A program made the translations under genes and the position numbers. Of a stretch of 64,000 nt of DNA, positions 55,881 to 63,874 are shown piece after piece; the first letter of the stretch is position 1; every line of letters starts with the position of its first letter. Source of the DNA: a virus; IMG/VR virus record IMGVR_UViG_3300042503_002645, positions 32,001 to 96,000 of that record. One strand, 5' to 3'. The notes under the pieces were generated by a model that saw only the letters and a program-made list of their open reading frames with translations, made no database searches and was not told where the DNA came from.

Positions 55881-56514
55881 AACCTTCGCGTCGGTGCTGC
55901 TGACGCTATTCCTGGACCGGTTCGGCACGGAAGCGCTCGAGTGGGAAGCTTCCACGATCGCCCTGGAAATCGAGGAGGAGTTCGACGTCGATCTGTCGCG
56001 CCTGAGCTTCGACAAGCTTATGGTCGCCGTGCAGATCCTGACGACGGATCGTTTCCACAAGAGCCTTCCAGACTTCATCGAGTTCTGTAACGTCCTGAAC
56101 GGGGACATCTACGACCCCAACACGTTCGACCCGGCCGACGCCGAAGACGTGGCCTGGGGCATCACCGAGGCGCTGCTGATCGCGCCCCCGGACGACGATG
56201 ACCCTGAGCCGTTCACGGCCGAAATTCGGGCCTACATCGGCGCCGTCCTCGACCAAGAGGGGATCATCAACGCGCCGGACATTTTGCGCATTGCTTTGCG
56301 CAAGGCCCGAGTCTCGCCCGCGATCGGTGATTTCTCTGACGACCCGGAAATGTTCTCGGCGATCTACGAAGTCGAGGCTGGGAAGACAGAAGAAATCAAC
56401 CAGACCATCCGCACTAAGACGCAGATTCTTGCGGCCCAGCTTGCCGCACTGCACCTGACCAATGGAAACACTCAGTCTGTAGCCAAGTTGCTGGGCGATT
56501 CTGCGCAGCGCTAG
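55840..56514 (+). CDS. Acidic hypothetical protein (224 aa)
   Basis: AAGGA RBS and strong coding bias. Confidence 0.72.
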   Translation: MAKNILQEAWTSRETFASVLLTLFLDRFGTEALEWEASTIALEIEEEFDVDLSRLSFDKLMVAVQILTTDRFHKSLPDFIEFCNVLNGDIYDPNTFDPADAEDVAWGITEALLIAPPDDDDPEPFTAEIRAYIGAVLDQEGIINAPDILRIALRKARVSPAIGDFSDDPEMFSAIYEVEAGKTEEINQTIRTKTQILAAQLAALHLTNGNTQSVAKLLGDSAQR

Positions 56515-56529
56515 GCAGAAAGGATTCCC

Positions 56530-56724
56530 GTGCTCGTTCTCTCGCGCAAGCGGAACGAAAAGATCAACATCGGCAAAAATATCAAAATCACAGTCGTCGA
56601 GATTTTGCACGACCGCGTTCGACTGGGGATCGAGGCGCCCGCGGAACTGACAATCGTCCGCGAAGAGATAGCCGACAGCTGGCGCAAGGGCAAAGAAAAG
56701 GCCAACGGCAATGGGGTGGAATGA
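56530..56724 (+). CDS. csrA: Carbon storage regulator CsrA/RsmA-family RNA-binding protein
   Basis: MLVLSRKRNEKINIG...IKITVVEI..DRVRLGIEAP....IVREEI. Confidence 0.93.
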   Translation: MLVLSRKRNEKINIGKNIKITVVEILHDRVRLGIEAPAELTIVREEIADSWRKGKEKANGNGVE

Positions 56725-56989
56725 CCGCCTCGCCGAAGATCCCTACGAACAATCTGATGAGCAGCGCCAGGAGTATCTCGACTGGCAGGAATTCCAGCAC
56801 TATCTTGCGTCCATAGAAGACGCTGCTCTTGAGCCGCCTGCTCCGGCTCCGCCATGTCCCGACCGCCTGGCCATTGATATCTTTGGCCTGGCCGGGTTCC
56901 CTACCTCAGAAACACCATGCAACGCACCAGAGAAGAAAGAGCCAAAGTCACCCGGCAGCGGATGCTCGCAGAGGTCAGGAAAGACCTAA
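56711..56989 (+). CDS. Hypothetical protein (92 aa)
   Basis: Overlaps the csrA end. Confidence 0.45.
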   Translation: MGWNDRLAEDPYEQSDEQRQEYLDWQEFQHYLASIEDAALEPPAPAPPCPDRLAIDIFGLAGFPTSETPCNAPEKKEPKSPGSGCSQRSGKT

Positions 56990-57210
56990 GACACATCTGT
57001 GACGAGACGTTCTCGTACAAGATGCACTATCTCAACAACGGCCAGACGGCGTTGATCCGGCGCGAGGCGTACCGCCTGCGGCTCCTCATCGAGGATTGCT
57101 GCGCGGCCGAAGCCCCGCCGCCCATCCCGTCGAAGAAGAAGCGAACCGGCCCACTTCTCAAAAAAGTGAAGCACCGCGGCAGCAAAGCAAAAGATCAAGC
57201 GCCGCCGTAA
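56917..57210 (+). CDS. Small basic hypothetical protein (97 aa)
   Basis: Its stop abuts the stop of the convergent gene. Confidence 0.5.
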   Translation: MQRTREERAKVTRQRMLAEVRKDLRHICDETFSYKMHYLNNGQTALIRREAYRLRLLIEDCCAAEAPPPIPSKKKRTGPLLKKVKHRGSKAKDQAPP

Positions 57211-58386
57211 TCAGTCTTCGCGCGCCAGCTCGTAAAGCCGGTCCAGCGGAAGCAGGTTGTCAGCCGCGGCTGACTTCACGGCAGGCGCCAGCCCTTTCTC
57301 CGCAGCCAACCGATCGAGCGTGGACGCCATGCCGCGGTCCAGGGTGGGCACGATGGACGCAAGCTTGTCACGGTCGAGGTATACGCCTCCGGCCGTCACG
57401 GCATCCGCGAACTCGTCGCCCATCCAGGACCGGACGTCTTCCTCGGCAAGCTTCTCGAGATCCTCGAGGTTGTAGACGTTGCCGGTGGTGGTCTCGACGT
57501 GCGCCTTCATGAAGTCCGCGGCCACCTTTTCGGTGATCGCAAACAGGACCTCTTCGGGACGCGTCAGGCCGCCCTCGTCATAGAGCCGCGCAAGTCCGGT
57601 CGCCCGGTCGTATTCGTCGACCGCGGCGGCCAGCTTCAGCCGCATCGCCTCGCTGCGGGCCTCCTCGGGGTTCGCCTCGACCACACCGGCAAGCTTCGTC
57701 ATCTCTGCGGCCAGTTCTTTCTGGCTGTGCGCGACGAGGCTCGCCCGGTTCCGCAGCATGTCGGCGGCAACCTTGGCCGCGCACGCGCCCCGGCCAGCAG
57801 CCAGCTCCAGGGCGTCGTCCGCTTCGCGCGTATCGACGCCGTACGCGGCGGCCTTTTCGAGAATCTTGTTGGCGATCGTGTGGCGATCGGCGAAGGTGAA
57901 CTGGTCGCGGTGCGCCTTAAAGTGCGCGGCCGCGAACTTGACCTCGGCGCCGTTGCGCAGCGGCCAATGTCGGTCCTTGTTACCGGCTTCGTCCGCCCAA
58001 ACGATGGCGAACTCGCTGTCCGGAAGGTTGTCCAAATCCACGCCCTGCGCGGCTGACACCTTCTCGCGGAGTTCCTTCACGAGGCCCGTGATGCCAAAAT
58101 GATAGGCGGCGCTCTCGAGCCGGGCGGTGATGTCGGCGGCCTGCTTCTCGGAAAACGAGGCGCGCTTGTCTTCAAAGAAAAGAGCGCTGAGCCACGTTGC
58201 AGCCGCGGTGTGGCACGGATAGAGTTTGTTGAACTGGTCGGCGTACATGTGCCGCTGGAGGTTTTCACCCCCATGCAGCCGTTCCTGGCTGGCCGACTTC
58301 ACGAAATCCGGCGGCGGGTATAGGGAGGTCAGCCGGTGAGTTTCCCGACCACTAACGTCCTGAGCCTGATCGAGCGGATTTGACAT
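57211..58386 (-). CDS. Probable internal head protein (391 aa), rich in K-x-A motifs
   Basis: Starts MSNPLDQ at 58386 with AGGT upstream; KSAS, KQAA, KFAA, EKAA, KVAA, KLAA and KSAA motifs. Confidence 0.72.
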   Translation of the reverse strand: MSNPLDQAQDVSGRETHRLTSLYPPPDFVKSASQERLHGGENLQRHMYADQFNKLYPCHTAAATWLSALFFEDKRASFSEKQAADITARLESAAYHFGITGLVKELREKVSAAQGVDLDNLPDSEFAIVWADEAGNKDRHWPLRNGAEVKFAAAHFKAHRDQFTFADRHTIANKILEKAAAYGVDTREADDALELAAGRGACAAKVAADMLRNRASLVAHSQKELAAEMTKLAGVVEANPEEARSEAMRLKLAAAVDEYDRATGLARLYDEGGLTRPEEVLFAITEKVAADFMKAHVETTTGNVYNLEDLEKLAEEDVRSWMGDEFADAVTAGGVYLDRDKLASIVPTLDRGMASTLDRLAAEKGLAPAVKSAAADNLLPLDRLYELARED

Positions 58387-61021
58387 GGCGTCGTTACCTG
58401 TATCTTTAGTCCGCCGACACAACCATCTCAGCGCCCTGTCGGCTCTGGGCATTCTGCCGGAAAAGCCCGCGTTTCCAGCGGTCGTCGATTGTCCGTTCTG
58501 CCAGCAACCTCAACTGTACTTGTTCGATGACGTGGTGACAGACGGTATCTGGACGCACTGCGAAGCCTGCCGTGCGCATGGAGATATCATAACCTGTGGC
58601 GCGTTAATCTGGAACAATAGCCGCGCCGAGGCGCTGACGCGGCTGGTAGACCTGGGTGCAGCCAGTCAAGGCGAAGCCGATCGGCTGTCCGGAGACTATT
58701 TCCGGGCAATAAATCGGCTGGAAGCGGCCGAGGCGTTCTGGAATCTGGCACGCGAGCAGATCTGGAACCACCACGACGACGTTATCGCGTGCCGTCAGCG
58801 CGAGCTAGGGTTTGATAACACGATCGACGCCTGCGCCGATGTTGTTGGCGTGGCGCATCCCGATCAAGTCGCCGAGTTCTGCCGCGCCGTCGGCCGGGCC
58901 GTACCACCGCGCATGCGTGAACACGGTCCCAGCCTGGTCCTGCCGTACTACGACTTGCCCGGGCGGCTCACGGGCGTACTGCTCGTCCAGTACAACGACG
59001 ATTTCATGTCGCGGCGCACGTTTATCGCGCTGCAGGGCTGCCCAAAACGCCGGGCGGACGCCGGGTACTTCATGCTCAACACGGTTCTGCTGCCCTGCAA
59101 TCCGGCGCTGCGCGACTCGTACTTCGTCTCCGACGACCCGTTCTGGGTAATCCGCGCGCAGATGGCGCAGCGGAAAGCGGGCCTGACGGCGCTGCCGCTG
59201 GCGGCCAGCTATTCTGGTCCGGAGGCCGTGAGCACCGGGCTGAACTGGCAATCGTTCGCGCCAACGCCCCGGTTCTTCCACAGCGCGCTTCTGACGCCGG
59301 ATGTTATCTCGCAGGCCTGCACGGCCAAAGGTTACGTCTGCGTCCTACCCAACCAAAGCGTTGAGTCGCGGGCCACGCCGGTGCGCAACATGCAGCGCCT
59401 GGCCGCAATACGGCGGCAGGCGCAAACCTGGCAGGCGGCGCTCGAGTCGGCACTGGCGCACACCAACGAGACAGCTGCGCACTCGTTCATGTCCAAACTG
59501 ACCATCGCGCTACCCCGGCTGCAGTACTTTTTCCAGAATCGCAAGCACGATCTCTCGCCCGAGTTCTGCGCGCGCCTGCTGACACAGATCGAGGCGGCAC
59601 CTGGGCTGCCGACCAAGGTCTACAAGAAAGCAACCATCATCGAGCGCGACGGGTGTTGGTGGACGCATACCAACCACCAAGTCTGCAACGCTCGGCCGCG
59701 CATTTACAAGATCGTGCACTCCGACCAGGGCGAGCGGATGTACGTCGGCACGGTCGCCATTAACGGCCAGGAGCTGGATTTTGTCGACAGCGCCACGCGT
59801 ATCGAACGCGTCGGCCTGCTCGCCTTTGCGGCGCAGCACGCTGCATCGCACGGGCAACTGCTCCTGTTCGACCGGCACTGGAACGTGAAGAGCCACCTGG
59901 TTGCAATGCGGCTGCACGAGCCGGAAATCGTGCATATCTCCGGCGACGCAGGCTGGAACGAGCAGACCAGTCAATTCTGCTTCAGGAACTACGCGATCAA
60001 TAACGACGGCAGCGTTACCTCCTGCCCATATCCGCAGATCCAGGCCGCGCTGCCGAACTTTCCCGAGCCGATCGAGATCGCGCCGGTGACGGTGCATCCG
60101 CTGCTGACGCCGTCCTACGAGAACGCCACCATCTGGACCAGTTTCGCTGCGATCGCCGCCGACTTGCTGGCGCCGGTCCTCAACCAGCAGGCGACGGCCA
60201 CGGCTGCGACCGGCAGTACGTTCAACACGGCCTTGGAGGTCGGGTTGAGTCTCGACTGCACCCAGCACCGTTGCTCCAGCTCGCAGCGGCAGAACGCGTC
60301 CAGCAGCGTCATTACGCACCTTAAGAACGTCCGCTGGCCGCTTTTTACCGCCCACGCCTTCGACGACCTGATGCTGTGCCGCACCGTGTTGCGCGTCCCC
60401 AACGGGCCGATCTTTGCCCGCTTGGCCGACCTGACCGCGCACCTGGCGCCAGGCTACGGCTGGCAGGTTATCCGCGGTCCCGGGCTGGACGTTGTGCCCG
60501 ACCTTTCGGCCCTACGGTACATCCTACCGACGTACATCCAGCGCGCGCTGACGCGGCGAATGCAGCTCGCGACGCAGAAAGAACACCTGACAACGGCCGT
60601 GCTCCAGGACCTCTCCGGGTGGCTCAAAGATATCTATGGCGCAACGTTCAACCTGGCGTACGCGACCAACAAGCTGGTCACCCCCGCCCAGGCCCACGAG
60701 GCCTTGATGGCGGCGATCAACATCGGTATCACCGCGGGAAAGCTCGATGTACTCCCCCGGCCACGCCGGAAGGACCAGCAAGGCAACTACCTGCTCCGAC
60801 AAAAAACAAACTGGTGGTTGAATCAGAAGGCCATAGATCGTTACTGTATTTTTGCTGGCGGAGTGATTCCGAATTGGGCGGCAGTTACCGAGTTACTGGC
60901 GCAGCGCGGTTTGCTGCACGATGAACAGGTCGTGAACGGCATGCCGGGCTTGCTGGTCGACAAAGAATGGTGCGACGCTTTCTGGAGCGATTACACAACC
61001 AATGCACGCGAACTTGGATAG
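58385..61021 (+). CDS. Large protein with an N-terminal primase-type zinc-binding domain; degenerate primase/helicase-like
   Basis: CPFC...WTHCEACRAHGD; LVLPYYDLPGRLTG; GWNEQ...F. No clear Walker A or TOPRIM acidic motifs seen. Confidence 0.55.
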   Translation: MASLPVSLVRRHNHLSALSALGILPEKPAFPAVVDCPFCQQPQLYLFDDVVTDGIWTHCEACRAHGDIITCGALIWNNSRAEALTRLVDLGAASQGEADRLSGDYFRAINRLEAAEAFWNLAREQIWNHHDDVIACRQRELGFDNTIDACADVVGVAHPDQVAEFCRAVGRAVPPRMREHGPSLVLPYYDLPGRLTGVLLVQYNDDFMSRRTFIALQGCPKRRADAGYFMLNTVLLPCNPALRDSYFVSDDPFWVIRAQMAQRKAGLTALPLAASYSGPEAVSTGLNWQSFAPTPRFFHSALLTPDVISQACTAKGYVCVLPNQSVESRATPVRNMQRLAAIRRQAQTWQAALESALAHTNETAAHSFMSKLTIALPRLQYFFQNRKHDLSPEFCARLLTQIEAAPGLPTKVYKKATIIERDGCWWTHTNHQVCNARPRIYKIVHSDQGERMYVGTVAINGQELDFVDSATRIERVGLLAFAAQHAASHGQLLLFDRHWNVKSHLVAMRLHEPEIVHISGDAGWNEQTSQFCFRNYAINNDGSVTSCPYPQIQAALPNFPEPIEIAPVTVHPLLTPSYENATIWTSFAAIAADLLAPVLNQQATATAATGSTFNTALEVGLSLDCTQHRCSSSQRQNASSSVITHLKNVRWPLFTAHAFDDLMLCRTVLRVPNGPIFARLADLTAHLAPGYGWQVIRGPGLDVVPDLSALRYILPTYIQRALTRRMQLATQKEHLTTAVLQDLSGWLKDIYGATFNLAYATNKLVTPAQAHEALMAAINIGITAGKLDVLPRPRRKDQQGNYLLRQKTNWWLNQKAIDRYCIFAGGVIPNWAAVTELLAQRGLLHDEQVVNGMPGLLVDKEWCDAFWSDYTTNARELG

Positions 61022-61328
61022 CAGCGCAACACTCGTGTCTTTCGAGGCCTACAACGAGCTGGCGAAGCAGTACGCCCGCTTTGACGACGGCCTCGACGAC
61101 GACTTTGTCGAGGAAGAGTGGCAGTTCGTGCGCGAGGACGACGAGGACGACGACGAAGACAGCGCGCCGCCAACGCCGGGCTGGCTCTTTACTGACGACG
61201 AAGACGACGCCGAAGACGATGAAGACGACGGCGGAGATGACGACCAGGACTGGGACGCTGGCACTGAGGACGCTGACGAAAACGAAGACGACGACAACGA
61301 CTGGTTCGAAGATGACGAGGAGGAGTAA
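61002..61328 (+). CDS. Highly acidic small protein (108 aa, about 47% D/E)
   Basis: Composition counted from the translation. Confidence 0.6.
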   Translation: MHANLDSSATLVSFEAYNELAKQYARFDDGLDDDFVEEEWQFVREDDEDDDEDSAPPTPGWLFTDDEDDAEDDEDDGGDDDQDWDAGTEDADENEDDDNDWFEDDEEE

Positions 61329-61777
61329 TACAAACTTTTCTACCGTACGACCGCTTCAACAAGTGTGCGTACTGTTTGGACAACAGACGTTTGTTCAAAC
61401 AAGCCGTTGAAAGCAAGCAGATACTTCTGGCGCTCGGCGTATCAGTCGGCGCCAACCGGCCAACGGGCAGCAAGGCCTGGCAGAATCACCCCGCCGTGCG
61501 CATGTGGCGTGGGCACGAGCTGGCGCTGGCCATCTACTCCGTGCATATCTCGCGCGAATGCCGCCGTCGCGGCTACAAAGACAAACTGCTCGAGGAGTTC
61601 CTCGACGTTGTCCGGCGCCTGCGCAAGCCCGGCGAGCCCGCACGCTATCCGCCGTGGATCCGCGACTGGGGCATTATGTTTAGTCACCGCTCAAACCTTC
61701 TACGAAAGGACAAGGACCACTACACGCGGTTTGGCTGGCTCGTAAAACCAGACCTGCCGTACAAGTGGCCGTGTTGA
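61328..61777 (+). CDS. Pyrimidine-dimer DNA glycosylase / endonuclease V-like protein, apparent ATA start
   Basis: (I)QTFLPY...LDNRRLFKQ.VE..QIL, NHPAVRMWRG, SHRSNLLRKD, LPYKWP. Confidence 0.8.
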   Translation: MQTFLPYDRFNKCAYCLDNRRLFKQAVESKQILLALGVSVGANRPTGSKAWQNHPAVRMWRGHELALAIYSVHISRECRRRGYKDKLLEEFLDVVRRLRKPGEPARYPPWIRDWGIMFSHRSNLLRKDKDHYTRFGWLVKPDLPYKWPC

Positions 61778-61782
61778 ACAAC

Positions 61783-62019
61783 ATGAACACAAAACCAGAC
61801 TCAAAAGACGGCGGGCAGGCTTTCCCGGTGACAGACATGAACGGTGGCCCGGCCTCTGGCGGCATGAGTCTCCGCGACTACTTCGCGGCGGCGGCGCTGC
61901 AGGGGTTTTTGGCGCACCCAGACCCCGACCCCGACAAGCCAGCGGTCACGTTCGCGGCGTGGGCCTACGAACAAGCCGACGCGATGCTCGCCGCGCGCGA
62001 GCCGCGGGAGAGGGAGTGA
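61783..62019 (+). CDS. Small phage protein (GMSLRDYFAA motif)
   Basis: DGGQAFP...GMSLRDYFAAAALQG...AYEQADAML. Confidence 0.75.
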   Translation: MNTKPDSKDGGQAFPVTDMNGGPASGGMSLRDYFAAAALQGFLAHPDPDPDKPAVTFAAWAYEQADAMLAAREPRERE

Positions 62020-62321
62020 TGCGCGATCCCGTAATCTCGTTGTTTCACCACGCAAACGGCACGCGCGTTGCCATTGTGCAAGAAGAAAGCTCGGCTGATT
62101 TTTGGGAGAAACACGACAACCATGACCGCAATAACACGGACGAATACATCGAAGACGTTCCGCTGCCGCCGTTGTTTGCCGCGGCCACCGACTTGCTAGC
62201 GGCACTCAAGGGTATGGTTGCCATGGTTGAGGCTGAGTACGGCGGATTTGATGCGGTGCCCGAGTGGCAGGTTGCTACAGAAGCGATCAACAAAGCAGAG
62301 AGGAAGGAACGCAACCCGTGA
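62019..62321 (+). CDS. Small phage protein (AAAxDLLAAL motif)
   Basis: TGATG coupling; LFAAATDLLAALK...AINKAE. Confidence 0.68.
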   Translation: MRDPVISLFHHANGTRVAIVQEESSADFWEKHDNHDRNNTDEYIEDVPLPPLFAAATDLLAALKGMVAMVEAEYGGFDAVPEWQVATEAINKAERKERNP

Positions 62322-62527
62322 GAGCATTTCTGGAGGGTATGGCCCGCTGCTTCGATCTCTTCGGCATTCTCGACGAACCGATCGATCTGCCGAAGACAGA
62401 CGCAGAAGCGTTCGAAAGAGATAAACTGGCGCTACAGAAAGACTGGGAAACCATTTACGGCCAGGCTGTGTTCCTGGAACCGCCTGTAGCGCAAAGCGAG
62501 GACAAGCATGAGCTGGATCGTAGTTGA
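62318..62527 (+). CDS. Small hypothetical protein
   Basis: GTGA overlap and AGGA RBS; D..AL.KDW motif. Confidence 0.6.
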   Translation: MRAFLEGMARCFDLFGILDEPIDLPKTDAEAFERDKLALQKDWETIYGQAVFLEPPVAQSEDKHELDRS

Positions 62528-63026
62528 CGTTGAAGCTGACGGCCCGGTGCCACCCACGTTCTCGATGATCTGCTTCGGCGCCGTTGTCGTTGAGGCTGGA
62601 CTGAGCCGAACGTTCTACGGTGAAGTTGCACCCATCTCGGAGCAGACAAACCTGGCGGCGGCCGCAATTAGCGGCATCAGCCGGGCCAAGCACGAGACGT
62701 TTGAAGCGCCGAAGATCGTCATGGCGCGGTTTGCCGACTGGATCACCGCGAACACCAAGGGCCGCCCGATCTTTGTGTCGGACAATCCGGCATTCGACTG
62801 GCAGTGGATCAACTATTACTTCCACTCGTTCTGCGGTGGAAACCCGTTCGGCTACTCGGCGCGCAGGATCGGCGACCTGTACTGCGGCATGGAAAAGAAC
62901 GCGTACGCGCAATGGAAGCATCTGCGCAAAACACGACACGACCACAACCCGGTAAACGACGCCAAAGGCAACGCCGAAGCGCTGCTGCGCATGCGTGAAC
63001 TGGGACTGAAAGTGAACTTCGAATGA
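62508..63026 (+). CDS. DEDDh-family 3'-5' exonuclease/exoribonuclease
   Basis: VDVEADGP, FVSDNPAFDW and HNPVNDA. Confidence 0.85.
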   Translation: MSWIVVDVEADGPVPPTFSMICFGAVVVEAGLSRTFYGEVAPISEQTNLAAAAISGISRAKHETFEAPKIVMARFADWITANTKGRPIFVSDNPAFDWQWINYYFHSFCGGNPFGYSARRIGDLYCGMEKNAYAQWKHLRKTRHDHNPVNDAKGNAEALLRMRELGLKVNFE

Positions 63027-63331
63027 GCATCAACTTCGAGATCGAAACCATCCGGCATGTCCGCCTGGCCTATATCATCCGCCACGTCAGCCACGAGGTC
63101 CGGGACTTTGTCGACGAGGCGCTGATCAATAGCGACTTGTCTTTCGGCACCAACGAGAATACGCTCGCAAGTCGCCAGGCAATCATCGATATTCTTGAGT
63201 CCGCCTGGGCAGGATACGACGAAGATCGCGAACAAGACGAAGAGTACTGCGAGCAAAAAGACGCCCTCGCCCGTGTGATCGCCGCGATCAACGCGCTCCC
63301 CGACGACGTGCTGTTCTCACTGGGATCTTGA
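63023..63331 (+). CDS. Hypothetical protein (102 aa)
   Basis: ATGA coupling. Confidence 0.62.
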   Translation: MSINFEIETIRHVRLAYIIRHVSHEVRDFVDEALINSDLSFGTNENTLASRQAIIDILESAWAGYDEDREQDEEYCEQKDALARVIAAINALPDDVLFSLGS

Positions 63332-63332
63332 T

Positions 63333-63656
63333 ATGGAAACGGTCGAGTGCGACGAGTACCAGGTCTCCGCACGCGTGACGCTGCGCAAGGGCGACCTGTT
63401 CCGGGCCACCGGCGGGCCGTACTACATCGTGCGCGACGAGACCGGCAAGAAGATCAAGTCGTCCATGGCGGCCAAAGGCCCGTTCAGATTCGTTTCGTAC
63501 TGCGAGCGCGGTCGGCGAAAATGGATCGTGGCTTACTCCACCAAAGAGGGCGGCTATACAACGCTGCCCCTCACGCGGTGGCGCACAGTGGACTTAGACA
63601 ACTTCGTGAATCGCCCCTACAAGATTCTGGGCAAGAAGCGCCCCAAGAAGAGGTGA
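63333..63656 (+). CDS. Basic hypothetical protein (107 aa)
   Basis: Clean, closely coupled ORF. Confidence 0.65.
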   Translation: METVECDEYQVSARVTLRKGDLFRATGGPYYIVRDETGKKIKSSMAAKGPFRFVSYCERGRRKWIVAYSTKEGGYTTLPLTRWRTVDLDNFVNRPYKILGKKRPKKR

Positions 63657-63659
63657 CCC

Positions 63660-63824
63660 ATGAGTCGAACCAGAAAGCGACCCTACACCCGGTCCAAACG
63701 TTTTGACACTAGCTGCCGTTGTCATGGCGGCTGCCCGTGGTGCCGCAACAACCGGCTCCACAGCGACATCAGTCGTCGGACTGCTGCCGACACTGCCATC
63801 CGTGAGTACCGCTACGCAAGCTGA
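63660..63824 (+). CDS. Small basic Cys/His protein (54 aa; SCRCHGGCPWC)
   Basis: GAGGTG RBS; MSRTRKRPYTRSKRFDTSCRCHGGCPWCRNNRLH. Confidence 0.6.
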   Translation: MSRTRKRPYTRSKRFDTSCRCHGGCPWCRNNRLHSDISRRTAADTAIREYRYAS

Positions 63825-63854
63825 GGTTCGCGCAGCGCGGTTCGATAAAATGGA

Positions 63855-63872
63855 TGTCGCACGGAGGCGGCA
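63855..63872 (+). promoter_or_regulatory. CsrA/Rsm-type operator hairpin over the RBS (TGTCGC-ACGGAG-GCGGCA)
   Basis: 6-bp stem (one G-U) with an ANGGAN loop, 2 nt before ATG 63875. Confidence 0.62.
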
Positions 63873-63874
63873 CC

